64,000 nucleotides of DNA. Source: Clostridiales bacterium. Its GTDB lineage: Bacteria; Bacillota; Clostridia; Saccharofermentanales; Saccharofermentanaceae. This document shows, piece by piece, positions 1-9,877 of this stretch. Below the pieces are notes generated by a model. It was not told the DNA's origin. It made no database searches and saw only the letters and a program-made list of their open reading frames with translations. Both the position numbers and the translations under genes were made by a program. Position 1 is the stretch's first letter. Each line of letters begins with the position of its first letter. The stretch spans positions 24,343 through 88,342 of the forward strand of contig JAFWDK010000023.1 in NCBI GenBank assembly GCA_017513085.1. Direction: 5' to 3'.

Positions 1-1684
1 CCTCATCCACGCAGATATCCGCGGTGCTGTCCTTGCTGATCGTTCCCTTGGAAACGAAACCGACATGACCGATGCGGCCTTCTGCGAGATGAATGGCTTC
101 TGTAACCGTGAACTCGCCACTTTCCGTCTTGATGATACCCTTATCACCGACCTGGCCACCCATAGTGCCGTAGAAAGTCGTGATATCCGTAATGATCGTA
201 CCCTTTTCACCTTCTGCGAGGGAATCTTTCAGTGCTGTTTCGTCAGCCAGCGCGACGATCTTACCCTTCGTATTCAGTCCTTCGTAACCGAGGAACTTAG
301 TCTTGATGCTCTCGTCCAGCGCATCGAAAACACCGGCAGCAGTATTAAGCTTCGCAGAGAAGTTCGCATTGTCACGCGCCTTCTGTTTCTGCTCTTCCAT
401 AGAAGCCTTGAAGCCTTCTTCATCTACCGTGAGGCCTTCTTCTTCGGCCAGCTCGACAGTCAGCTCGATCGGGAATCCGAATGTATCGTAAAGATAGAAT
501 GCAGACTTACCATCGATCGTCTTCTTACCGGAAGCCGCGCTCTCTTCGAGGATCTTCTTGAATTCCTTCATGCCGTTCTCAAGTGTGCTCTCGAAACGCT
601 CGATCTCCTTGGTCAGTTCGCTCAGGATGAACTCTCTGTTCTTAGTAAGAAGCGGATAACTGTTCTTATAGATCTCATCGATGAAGATCGTCGCGATCTT
701 CAGGATGTCTTCCTTCTTGAGATTCAGTGCGCGGGCATGACGGACGGCACGGCGGATCAGGCGGCGAAGTACGTAGCCTGCGCCAACATTGGCAGGAACA
801 AGTTTCGCTGCATCACCGATCAGCATGACAGAAGTTCTCGTATGGTCAGCCAGGATACGCATGGAACGTGTCTGCTTCTCATCTTCGTTATACTTCGCGC
901 CGGAGACTTTCTCGATGTAAGCGATGACCGGTGCAAAGAGATCGATCTGGTATACATCACGGGAACCGTTCAGGAAAGCCAGGATCCTCTCGAGGCCCCA
1001 TCCGGTATCGACGTTCTTCTGCTTCAACGGTGTCAGTGTGCCGTCCTTATGCTTCTCGTACTGCATGAAAACGTCGTTTCCAAGCTCGGTATACTTGCCG
1101 CAAGAGCAACCCGGGCCGCAATCCGGACCGCAATCCGGGCGATCGGCAATATAGAACATCTCACTGTCCGGACCACAAGGACCATACTCAAGTCCCCACC
1201 AGTTGTCGTCAGCGCCGAGGTAGTAAATGTTTTCTTTCTTAAAGCCGGAAGCGATACGGTACTCTGCGCCCTCTTCATCTCTCGGGGCATTCTCGTCACC
1301 GGCAAATACGGTTGCAGCCAGATGGTCCGCATCGAAACCGAACACCTGTGTCAGAAGTTCGAAGCTCCACTGGCATCTTTCTTTCTTAAAATAGTCACCC
1401 AGGCTCCAGGAACCCATCATCTCGAAGAAAGTAACGTGGCTCTTATCTCCGACGGAATCGATATCGTTGGTTCGTACACAGCCCTGGACATTGCAAAGTC
1501 TTGTTCCCAAAGGATGCTTCTGACCAAGAAGATAAGGCATCAGGGGCTGCATGCCGGCCACGTTGAACATAACACCTGTCGAACCATCGGATACCAGTGA
1601 AACGGCACCGACATCCACGTGTCCACGGTCTATATAGAACTGCTTCCATGTATTTCTCAATTCATCTGAGGTAAATTGTCTCAT
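1..1684 (-). CDS. alaS: Alanyl-tRNA synthetase (5' part; runs off the left edge of the window)
   Basis: Manual translation from ATG at 1684 (RBS AAGGAG) gives MRQFTSDELRNTW...FNVAGMQP...RLCNVQGCVRTNDIDSVGDKSHVTFFEMMGSWSLGDYFKKE, the AlaRS signature motifs. It is absent from the ORF track because its stop lies outside the window. Confidence 0.95.
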   Translation of the reverse strand, partial: MRQFTSDELRNTWKQFYIDRGHVDVGAVSLVSDGSTGVMFNVAGMQPLMPYLLGQKHPLGTRLCNVQGCVRTNDIDSVGDKSHVTFFEMMGSWSLGDYFKKERCQWSFELLTQVFGFDADHLAATVFAGDENAPRDEEGAEYRIASGFKKENIYYLGADDNWWGLEYGPCGPDSEMFYIADRPDCGPDCGPGCSCGKYTELGNDVFMQYEKHKDGTLTPLKQKNVDTGWGLERILAFLNGSRDVYQIDLFAPVIAYIEKVSGAKYNEDEKQTRSMRILADHTRTSVMLIGDAAKLVPANVGAGYVLRRLIRRAVRHARALNLKKEDILKIATIFIDEIYKNSYPLLTKNREFILSELTKEIERFESTLENGMKEFKKILEESAASGKKTIDGKSAFYLYDTFGFPIELTVELAEEEGLTVDEEGFKASMEEQKQKARDNANFSAKLNTAAGVFDALDESIKTKFLGYEGLNTKGKIVALADETALKDSLAEGEKGTIITDITTFYGTMGGQVGDKGIIKTESGEFTVTEAIHLAEGRIGHVGFVSKGTISKDSTADICVDE

Positions 1685-1727
1685 TCTTCTTTGTCTCCTT
1701 TGTCAACAAAGCCATCCGAAAAAACGG

Positions 1728-1764
1728 AAAAAGCAAGGCACGCGCATGTATTTCGCGTGCCTTG
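1728..1764 (-). terminator. Rho-independent terminator-like hairpin between the transglutaminase gene and alaS
   Basis: Minus strand reads CAAGGCACGCG-N9-CGCGTGCCTTG followed by CTTTTT. Confidence 0.6.
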
Positions 1765-1855
1765 TAATTTTACATGATTTAGGCGAGAAAATCTATATAT
1801 AGGTAAGGTAAAACAAGAAAAAGATATGCTCGCCGTCTCATGTATCCCGAAAGAC

Positions 1856-4243
1856 TCAAAATGGTAGCTTTTTTCTGATCCGGATCAGATCGAAAAGGTT
1901 TCTTCTGTATCGCCTGGATTTCACATACAGCGCATCCAGATGCTTCTCTTCTGCCTCGACCAGCTGCTTTCGTTCTTCCTCCGTGATGCCTTCTCTACTG
2001 AATGCCGCCTTCATCGCGACCAGTTCACCCTTTTCGGAAGATCTGCCCTTTAATATCTTCGCCATTATCCGGAAGTATTTGTAGTATGCCCGGCTACTGA
2101 GGTTGATATCCTTGTTCCGCATCTTCGTTTTCCAATACAACTGGAATCCGAACCGAATCCCCAACACCAGCACAAGCAGAGCACCCACGATGATCAGGAA
2201 GTGGATCATGAATGCGAACAATTTATTGAAGATCCCTTCAATAAATCTCGAACCGCTAAATGACTCATCCTCCTCTTGCCAGATTCCGTTGCCTGCCCCC
2301 TCGCTATGGCTGTCGGGATTGGCCGCTGTATTTTCCGTTACCGGCGTTGGCGTCGCACGCGGTCTTGGCGTGACAAAAGTCGTTTCCGATCCGTACTTAT
2401 ATGCGATCGCATTGAAATTATAGTAACTTGCCGCTGTTTTATTTCCCGGAGTCGGGTCATCCATCACCCATCCGTAGTCCGGGTGGAAATACTCGATCCA
2501 TGCATGTGCGTTGGCAGTCGTGACCTCATGGCTGACGCCATCTTCCACATCTGTCAGAAGATATCCTCTGACATAACGGGCAGGTATCCCGAGCAGACGC
2601 AGAAGTACAACCGCTGTCGTCGCATAGTGCACACAAAAACCGGTCTTACTGTCGTGCAGGAACCAGCCGACAAAATCCATGTCTGAGGGAGGGAATGGCG
2701 TTTCCGCATCATATTCCCGCAAGGTCCGGACATAGGAAACGACCTTCTCCACGATCGTTTCTGTCGGCATGTTCACGCTTCCCGTCAGGATCTCCTGGTA
2801 CCAATCCGGAAGCATGCCCGAGTCTAACACGCTTTTGAGTGTCTCGTCCGGGATCGACAGGCAGTCCTCATAGATAAGATCCAGATATTCTTGCGTCCAC
2901 TTCGGTGTATAGCGGACCGGCGCGTTATCGTAGGCATAGATATACTCTTTACCGCCATCGTCCAGATGCACTTTCTCATTCATGTTATATGCTTCTCTTA
3001 CCGAAATCTCCGGGGATTCCACATATGCACGGCTTTCCGGATCCAGGTGATACTGATCGACATAATACGGAATAAAAGCGTAGTCCGCATCAAATTCAGA
3101 AGTGACGTGCAGCGTATATCTTGCTTCCCGCTGCGTGATCGGGATTTCCGTAAAATAATCGGCAGGAACCAGATCCGCGGCCCTGGAGGCCCATGAATAT
3201 CCGTCAAACCAACTCATGGAGGAAGTTTTCAGATAAAGGAACGGCGTATTGTTCGCGTTAGATTCCGGGTACCGGTCGTTCTTTTCACGCACGACTGACA
3301 TAAATCTCACACTTGGAGGCGTAAAGTTTCCGGCCTTCAGAAGGTCTTCGGTCTCCACCGACAGACGAAGCACATCATTAGCAAGATGGTCGATCCTCAC
3401 GCTGCCAAAATATGTTGTTTCATAGACTTTGCTTAACCCTTCTCGGGTGACGCCGTTTCCCCACGGGATACGACGCGAAACGGATTCAACAAAATCCCGC
3501 ACCGAGGCGAAACGCTTCCGCGCAATCTCATCGTTTCTGTACTTGCTTTGCGGATTCAAAAGCACCAGAAACAGAAGTACTGCAAGGATCGGAAGGAACA
3601 AGACCGTCAGGTTCTGATAGGTGTTCTCCTTAGCGCTTTTCCTAACGTTACGGAAAAGGAAAAGCATCAGGATCCCGCATATCATGCCCACGCTCGAGGC
3701 GGTCGTCGGGGACCGGTAATTCAAGGAAAACGAGCATACGAGGAATGGAAGATAGCCCAGAAGCGCAAAGATGATCGGTTTCTTCCGAATGATCACCCAG
3801 GTAGTCAGAAATGCCGGGATCGTCGAAACCATCGACAGGAAGAACGTCATGCCGAAAGGATTTTCCATATAGTCCCCACCGGATCCTGGCAAGAAGCTGA
3901 GAGCATCATTTCCGAGTTTCGTGATAAATTGTGCCGCTGCGTCCTGGATCATCATGATATTCAGCATCATAGATCCTCCGAGCAGCAACACCAGCGCACC
4001 TATAACGATCAAGGTCAGGCGTATATCTTTTCTGGCGTGGATATAACTGAATCCGAAAGAAAAGATCGGGATAAAGAATATGAAACCGAATGTATCTGTC
4101 GCCAGATCATAGACACTCGTGAGCAACGACACGCTTGCAATGCCCAGAAGCGATGCCATAAATCCCGCGAAGAAAAACGCCCATGGCGGAAGGCTTTCGC
4201 CCTGAGGGAAAGATAGGGTAAGAGGTGCTTTTTCATTGTTCAT
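1856..4243 (-). CDS. Membrane-anchored transglutaminase-like domain protein (TgpA-like)
   Basis: Multiple N-terminal TM helices. Cys-His core GFCVHYAT..LLRLLGIPARYVRGY..AHAWIEY..DPT. C-terminal TM helix. Confidence 0.85.
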   Translation of the reverse strand: MNNEKAPLTLSFPQGESLPPWAFFFAGFMASLLGIASVSLLTSVYDLATDTFGFIFFIPIFSFGFSYIHARKDIRLTLIVIGALVLLLGGSMMLNIMMIQDAAAQFITKLGNDALSFLPGSGGDYMENPFGMTFFLSMVSTIPAFLTTWVIIRKKPIIFALLGYLPFLVCSFSLNYRSPTTASSVGMICGILMLFLFRNVRKSAKENTYQNLTVLFLPILAVLLFLVLLNPQSKYRNDEIARKRFASVRDFVESVSRRIPWGNGVTREGLSKVYETTYFGSVRIDHLANDVLRLSVETEDLLKAGNFTPPSVRFMSVVREKNDRYPESNANNTPFLYLKTSSMSWFDGYSWASRAADLVPADYFTEIPITQREARYTLHVTSEFDADYAFIPYYVDQYHLDPESRAYVESPEISVREAYNMNEKVHLDDGGKEYIYAYDNAPVRYTPKWTQEYLDLIYEDCLSIPDETLKSVLDSGMLPDWYQEILTGSVNMPTETIVEKVVSYVRTLREYDAETPFPPSDMDFVGWFLHDSKTGFCVHYATTAVVLLRLLGIPARYVRGYLLTDVEDGVSHEVTTANAHAWIEYFHPDYGWVMDDPTPGNKTAASYYNFNAIAYKYGSETTFVTPRPRATPTPVTENTAANPDSHSEGAGNGIWQEEDESFSGSRFIEGIFNKLFAFMIHFLIIVGALLVLVLGIRFGFQLYWKTKMRNKDINLSSRAYYKYFRIMAKILKGRSSEKGELVAMKAAFSREGITEEERKQLVEAEEKHLDALYVKSRRYRRNLFDLIRIRKKLPF

Positions 4244-5135
4244 TCGGAAGCCCTCCTTCTATCTTCATCCGCAATATGCGACGCATCGTACGGTCCATCT
4301 CCTGCTTGGAACGGACTTCGAAGACCTGTGATTTTTTGTATCGGGAAACGATCTTGACACTCACCGGAATATCCTTGGCAAGAAAATACCGGATCGTAAA
4401 AAGCACTTCGCCCAGATTTTGATCCACGGTATCTCTTGTGCCCACGAGCGGCATCTCGACGCGTGCCCGGCCGTGTGTCTCTTCTTGTGGCTCTCGAACC
4501 AGGATCTCGTCTTTTTTGGCAGACATCTTCCAGTGTACGTTTTTGATCGGGTCGCCAGGTATATATTCCCGGATGTCATATAGTTCGGAATAAGGTGAAA
4601 CAGACTTCGACAATATCTTGGCCCGGAAGCCGTTCGAATCCGTCACGATCTCCGGCATGCGCTGTATCGGCAATACCGGGATCTCGCCCTTAAGGTCAGC
4701 TTTTCTTGGGATCGGGATCAGACCGAACATGTCATAGACGCGCACCTTAAGCGACTCGATCATATACGTACCGCAATGCTCTGTGTTGAGATTCACGGAA
4801 TAATCCGTGCCGATCTGACAGACAAAGTGGTACTTTTGTATTTCGCCGCTCATCAGTTCTATGATAGTCATACGTACGGAATAAAGCTGTCCGGGAAGAT
4901 TCTTTCCGCTCTTCGTGGAAAACACGATATCCGTTTCCATATTCATGGTGATCATCGGAGGAACTTTCAGGCGCACCTGAAAAAAGAGCGCCGTGCAGAA
5001 GCTGAAAACTATGGCGATCACCGGAATGGCGCCCAAAACCAGAAGCCAATACCAGGCAAACCACTGCTCATACACCAGGAAAAAAGCGATGGACCCTAAA
5101 ACGGTAAGAATATAGATGATCCAATTCTTTACCAT
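4233..5135 (-). CDS. DUF58 domain protein
   Basis: Two N-terminal TM helices and the motif IREYIPGDPIKNVHWKMSAK. Lies between MoxR and the transglutaminase gene. Confidence 0.88.
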   Translation of the reverse strand: MVKNWIIYILTVLGSIAFFLVYEQWFAWYWLLVLGAIPVIAIVFSFCTALFFQVRLKVPPMITMNMETDIVFSTKSGKNLPGQLYSVRMTIIELMSGEIQKYHFVCQIGTDYSVNLNTEHCGTYMIESLKVRVYDMFGLIPIPRKADLKGEIPVLPIQRMPEIVTDSNGFRAKILSKSVSPYSELYDIREYIPGDPIKNVHWKMSAKKDEILVREPQEETHGRARVEMPLVGTRDTVDQNLGEVLFTIRYFLAKDIPVSVKIVSRYKKSQVFEVRSKQEMDRTMRRILRMKIEGGLPNEQ

Positions 5136-5137
5136 TT

Positions 5138-6070
5138 TTATTTCCCCGAAACGCGTGTCTTCTTTACGATCTCTTCGGCAATCTTTTCCGTCTTCACTTC
5201 ATTGAATTCTGCTTCCGGTGTCAGGATAAAACGGTGACTCATGACCGGAACAAATACTCTTTGCACATCTTCATCCGAAACGAAATCCCGGCCATCCATA
5301 TATGCATAAGCTCTCGCCATTGCCGTCATGGCCAGCGTCGCACGAGGACTCGCGCCACGTTCCAGGTCCGGGTGATTTCTGGTTGCATCCGCAAGCGCAA
5401 CGATATAATCGAAAAGACGGTCGCGGATATGCACCTTGGAAGCTTCCTGCTGCATACGCACAAGATCTTCCGCGCTGCAGACCCGTTCTATGGTCTTCAT
5501 CGGATCATTTCCATCCTGGCGGCTCATCAGCATGGCTTTTTCATCTTCATTTTTCGGATATCCCATGGAAATGCGCACGGAGAAGCGGTCCATCTGCGAG
5601 TCAGGCAGAAGTGACGTTCCCGAGGCTCCGGACGGGTTCTGTGTGGCAAATACGATAAACGGGCTCGGGAGCGGATATGTTTTCTCATCCACCGTAACCT
5701 GCCCCTCTTCCATAGCTTCCAGGAACGCGGACTGCGTACGTGAGGAAGCACGGTTCAGCTCATCGGCAAGGAAAAGATTGTGGAATATCGCACCTTTCTG
5801 ATAGTGCATCTCCTTAGTGTCTTTATCGAAAACGGAAAAACCGGTAATATCGGAAGGCAGTACGTCCGGCGTAAACTGCACGCGTCCGTAGTCCAGGCCC
5901 ATGGTCTTGGAAAAGGCCAATACCATCGAAGTCTTACCCACTCCCGGCACATCCTCGATAAGGATATGTCCTCCGGACAGCATCGCCGTCATTACCAAAC
6001 GGATCACTTCATCTTTTCCGCAAATAACTTTTTTAACTTCTTCAATGACCTGATTCTTTACATCCGACAT
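5138..6070 (-). CDS. MoxR family AAA+ ATPase
   Basis: GHILIEDVPGVGKT, RVQFTPDVLPSDITG, LADELNRA, ATQNP, GASPRA. Confidence 0.95.
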   Translation of the reverse strand: MSDVKNQVIEEVKKVICGKDEVIRLVMTAMLSGGHILIEDVPGVGKTSMVLAFSKTMGLDYGRVQFTPDVLPSDITGFSVFDKDTKEMHYQKGAIFHNLFLADELNRASSRTQSAFLEAMEEGQVTVDEKTYPLPSPFIVFATQNPSGASGTSLLPDSQMDRFSVRISMGYPKNEDEKAMLMSRQDGNDPMKTIERVCSAEDLVRMQQEASKVHIRDRLFDYIVALADATRNHPDLERGASPRATLAMTAMARAYAYMDGRDFVSDEDVQRVFVPVMSHRFILTPEAEFNEVKTEKIAEEIVKKTRVSGK

Positions 6071-6194
6071 AGATCTACCCGCCGTTTCCTGCTATTCTGC
6101 CAGTCTCATTCAGAAGACGTCGCACTATATAAGCATTGTAACGAATGGAGGCGGCAAAAAATACGGACAGGTTAAAGACAATACAGGGAGAAAA

Positions 6195-7193
6195 TTAAGT
6201 TTCCAGAGCTTTTCTCAGGTGCTCGTGATACTGTTTGACGACGCTTTCCGGCCCGTATATTCCAAAAGCACCTTCGTACTGACTTACCCACGAGAAAAAC
6301 GTCGGACTGATGCTGGCCGTGACGTTGGCAATCAGGTAATCCGCATTTTCAGGATCGGGGAAGATCGAAACATCCTGACTGAAACGATCGTAAAACTGTG
6401 TCAGCATATCCTTCCGGAACCGAAGCTGTACAGGTTCCGGCTTATTTCCATACATGCTGAAGGATGCTTCCACATAGCGGGCCACCTGGAAGTTCTTCGG
6501 CGGAGACACGAGTTTCTTCTTGGATTCGACGTGCACTTCCTTCATACGGTCGATACGGAAATGCCAGATCGCATCTTCCTTGCCGGCCGGATCCTTGTCC
6601 GGTCTCGCGCCGATGCAGTAATAGAAGCCGTTATGCCAGATCAGCGCAAAAGGATGCAGGACGTATCTTTGCCCGTCATGCTTATAGACTTCGCCTTCGC
6701 CGAAGCGGTATTCGATATACAGAAAAGAGACCGGGTGACCTTCATGCATGGCCTTTCGGATCCGGTTCGTGGTATAGATAAAATCGTTATTGGAAGAATG
6801 GTGACGCCCAATATAGTGGATCTGTTCATTTAATTCCGCCGCATGCCCTTTCGAAGTCAGGCTCTTCAGTTTCCGGATCAGCGTCGCCTTCTTCTTCTCG
6901 GTCATGAATCCGGCTGATTCCACGGCATCGATGAGGATCATGATCTCTTCCACTTCAAAATCTCTTTGTTCAATATAATAGCGGGGCGGACGGCCGAAAC
7001 TTTCCAGCGCGGTCGAAGACGCCTTGATAGCTTCAAAGTCTTTGTAAAGCGCTTTGCGCTCAACGGAAAAGCCGCGCTCTTCAAGCTTCCCGAGTATCTC
7101 CTGGGTAGAAAGGCCATGATTCTCATCTGTCTCTTTGAGAAGGATCTCCAGAAGACTCAAAAGTCTTCCTCTGCCGTTTTCTGTATTGCCCAT
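6195..7193 (-). CDS. WYL-domain transcriptional regulator (HTH-WYL-WCX)
   Basis: N-terminal wHTH (VERKALYKDF), WYL-like HPFALIWHNGFYYCIG and HFRIDRM, C-terminal GPESVV. Confidence 0.88.
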   Translation of the reverse strand: MGNTENGRGRLLSLLEILLKETDENHGLSTQEILGKLEERGFSVERKALYKDFEAIKASSTALESFGRPPRYYIEQRDFEVEEIMILIDAVESAGFMTEKKKATLIRKLKSLTSKGHAAELNEQIHYIGRHHSSNNDFIYTTNRIRKAMHEGHPVSFLYIEYRFGEGEVYKHDGQRYVLHPFALIWHNGFYYCIGARPDKDPAGKEDAIWHFRIDRMKEVHVESKKKLVSPPKNFQVARYVEASFSMYGNKPEPVQLRFRKDMLTQFYDRFSQDVSIFPDPENADYLIANVTASISPTFFSWVSQYEGAFGIYGPESVVKQYHEHLRKALET

Positions 7194-7446
7194 TGTCCTT
7201 CCTCCCTTGCTATATATTATTTATTCTTTTCTAATTATATCTTTTTTCCTTCATAAATAGAACTTTGCTAACTACCGTGATATAATTATTAGGCTTATGC
7301 GCCATCGTAAGTTACGGGGATATTCCAACGAAGGGTTCCCCCCTTTCCGTCGGCATTTTCTCCCCTTAGAAAAGCCCATCTGTTCCGACCGGCATCCGGG
7401 ATACCGGCGGAGTTTTTACGGGTAAGATATGAAAAGAGGACGTTCA

Positions 7447-8751
7447 ATGAATTCAATTTATGCAGATATTGCTGTCGCTGCGCCGAAGATCCTTCTTCCG
7501 AAAAAGGGAGTCGACCTTTCCAAATGGGCGGTCATCGCATGCGACCAGTTTACTTCTGAGCCGAAATACTGGGAACAGGTCGAGGAGATCGTCGGCACGA
7601 AGCCGTCCACGCTCCGTATGTTTCTGCCGGAGGTTTATCTCGAGAAGTGTCCGGTAGAAGAGATCGAGAAGAAGCTTTCCGATATCTCTTCTTCCATCAA
7701 TGAATATCTGTCCGAGGGTATCCTGGAGGAGCTTGCTCCGGGTTTCATCCTTCTGGACAGAAAGACCAAGTATAACGATTCCCGCCGCGGTCTGATGCTG
7801 GCGCTGGACCTGGAACAATATGATTTTACTCCGGGCAACAAGAGCCGCATCCGCGCAACAGAGGGTACCGTTCTTTCCCGTATTCCCCCGAGAGTCCGCA
7901 TCCGTGAGCGCGCTCCGATCGAGATGCCGCACATCATGGTGCTCATCGATGACCCGAACCGCACGGTCATTGAGCCGGCGTGGGATGCACTTTCTTCCGA
8001 CCCTGACAATCTCGTGTACGATACCGATCTCATGATGGAAGGCGGCCACGTCAAGGGCTACTTCACTAAGGACGGTTCTGATGTGGCCAATAAGATCGTC
8101 GAGGCACTTCGCGACCTTCTTGCTGCTTCTGATGACGGATTCCTTTTTGCCGTCGGCGACGGAAACCATTCCCTTGCTACAGCAAAGACGCATTGGGAAA
8201 ACATCCGCGAGAAGCTTTCCGCCGAAGACCGCCTGACACATCCGGCACGTTACTGCCTGGTCGAGATCGTGAATATCCATGATGAGGGATTGAAATTCGA
8301 ACCGATCCATCGTGTTACCTTCGGTCTTTCCGTAGAGGAATTCAAGAAGCGTGCCGCTTCCTATTTCGCCGACCAGCAAGTCTCCTTTACCGACGCAAGT
8401 GCTTTTGCCAAGGAAGGCAGAAACGATGGTTCGCAGGCGATCCTGGTGACAAACGGCAAAGAAGATCTGTGTCTTTTGATCGGGAAACCGAAGCATACTT
8501 TGGCTGTCGGAACTCTTGCCGGATTCCTGGATTCGATCGAAGAAACCGATAAGATCCATACGGACTATATCCACGGCGAAGACTCCGTCCGTTCTCTGGC
8601 CAACGAGAACTGTCTGGGATTCCTTCTTCCGGATGTTTCCAAGAATTCTTTCTTTGAGACGATCTCCCGGGAAGGCGTATTCCCGAGAAAGACTTTCTCC
8701 ATGGGCGAAGCTCCGGAGAAGCGTTACTATCTGGAAGCAAAGATGATCTGA
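7447..8751 (+). CDS. DUF1015 family protein
   Basis: WAVIACDQFTS, IRATEGT, AVGDGNHSLATAK, PIHR, PRKTFSMG. RBS AGAGGA precedes ATG 7447 (the ORF track starts it at 7429). Confidence 0.85.
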   Translation: MNSIYADIAVAAPKILLPKKGVDLSKWAVIACDQFTSEPKYWEQVEEIVGTKPSTLRMFLPEVYLEKCPVEEIEKKLSDISSSINEYLSEGILEELAPGFILLDRKTKYNDSRRGLMLALDLEQYDFTPGNKSRIRATEGTVLSRIPPRVRIRERAPIEMPHIMVLIDDPNRTVIEPAWDALSSDPDNLVYDTDLMMEGGHVKGYFTKDGSDVANKIVEALRDLLAASDDGFLFAVGDGNHSLATAKTHWENIREKLSAEDRLTHPARYCLVEIVNIHDEGLKFEPIHRVTFGLSVEEFKKRAASYFADQQVSFTDASAFAKEGRNDGSQAILVTNGKEDLCLLIGKPKHTLAVGTLAGFLDSIEETDKIHTDYIHGEDSVRSLANENCLGFLLPDVSKNSFFETISREGVFPRKTFSMGEAPEKRYYLEAKMI

Positions 8752-8803
8752 TGGTTGCTTTGTCCTTTGGGGCAAGACCGTAAGTTTTAGAGGTAGAGGG
8801 TAC

Positions 8804-9877
8804 ATGGCTGAGAAAACGTCTATTTGTGTAATCGGCGCCGGGCTTTCCGGTCTGGTTTGTGCATATAAGCTTGCACAGGCCGGTTTTCGCGTACAAGTCG
8901 TCGAGCAGCAATCCACGCCGGGTGGCATGCTGGCCTGTTCCCGTCTCGGCTCTGATTACATCGAGCTTCTGCCTCACCATATCCGCAAAAGCGATCGTGC
9001 GCTGATAGCTCTTCTGAAGGACCTTGGTCTTTCCGACGAACTGCAATGGTACGATTCTCTTTGGTATGGGCGTGCAAGCAAAAAGAAACTGGGATATCTC
9101 AACAACGGGTTTCACTCCCTGCTTTCCGCTCTGGTTCAGGAGATCACTGATAACGAGGGTATCATCCAGTACGGATATACTGTGACGGAGATTGCCGAGA
9201 GCGAGGATCCGACGAGACCGAAATACCGTGTCCGCTGCATTCTGGCCGACACCACATCGATCATACTGGAATGTGATACGATCCTTTATACCGGTTCCTG
9301 CCGTAACCTCGTGCACATCACCCATCCGTTGAATATGCCGACCGACTTCCGCGATTCTCTCATGGACGTAACCTATCAGGCCAACATGTGCCTTCTGATG
9401 CTGATGAAGTATCCTTTCACGGAATGTTACTCTCGAATGATCGATGATGATGAGCCATTTCAGCGGATCATCCAGCACACCAGCATGGTCGGTGAACGCC
9501 GTTACGGCGGTCACGTGCTGTATCTGTCCGGAAGTTTCCAGACATCCGCTCCGCTCTGGACCGCATCTGACGCAGACGTGTTTAAGTCATTTTTCAAGCG
9601 TCTTCAGTATATGAATCCCAGCGTTTCCCGCTCAGCTGTCCGCACCTGGCGTTTGACCCGGACACGCTATGCCAAACCGCTCAACCGGCCTTCGGACGAA
9701 CTGCTCGAGCCGGTTCCGCGCCTTTTTGTGTGCAGTCTGGCCATGTCTGAGATTGCCCAGCAGGATGACTCGAAATACCGCATGGACACATGTGTTGCCC
9801 AGGCAAACCTTACCGTTAACAAAATCAAGGAGGTTTTTTCTCATGAAAAAGAACTCAAGAACTTCGAAGAGCAGTAA
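8804..9877 (+). CDS. FAD-dependent oxidoreductase (amine oxidase/HemY-like superfamily)
   Basis: N-terminal dinucleotide-binding motif VIGAGLSGLVCAYKL..VVE..PGG. Confidence 0.75.
   Translation: MAEKTSICVIGAGLSGLVCAYKLAQAGFRVQVVEQQSTPGGMLACSRLGSDYIELLPHHIRKSDRALIALLKDLGLSDELQWYDSLWYGRASKKKLGYLNNGFHSLLSALVQEITDNEGIIQYGYTVTEIAESEDPTRPKYRVRCILADTTSIILECDTILYTGSCRNLVHITHPLNMPTDFRDSLMDVTYQANMCLLMLMKYPFTECYSRMIDDDEPFQRIIQHTSMVGERRYGGHVLYLSGSFQTSAPLWTASDADVFKSFFKRLQYMNPSVSRSAVRTWRLTRTRYAKPLNRPSDELLEPVPRLFVCSLAMSEIAQQDDSKYRMDTCVAQANLTVNKIKEVFSHEKELKNFEEQ

Noticed and set aside
65-1600. 511-aa plus-strand ORF
   Set aside because: It is the antisense shadow of alaS, which has clear motifs on the minus strand.
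7453-9514. Long minus-strand ORFs (491 and 375 aa)
   Set aside because: They are antisense to the DUF1015 and oxidoreductase genes and show no motifs.
9669-9842. N-terminal extension of the DUF2298 ORF in the ORF track
   Set aside because: It overlaps the upstream gene by about 200 bp. ATG 9843 is the more plausible start.
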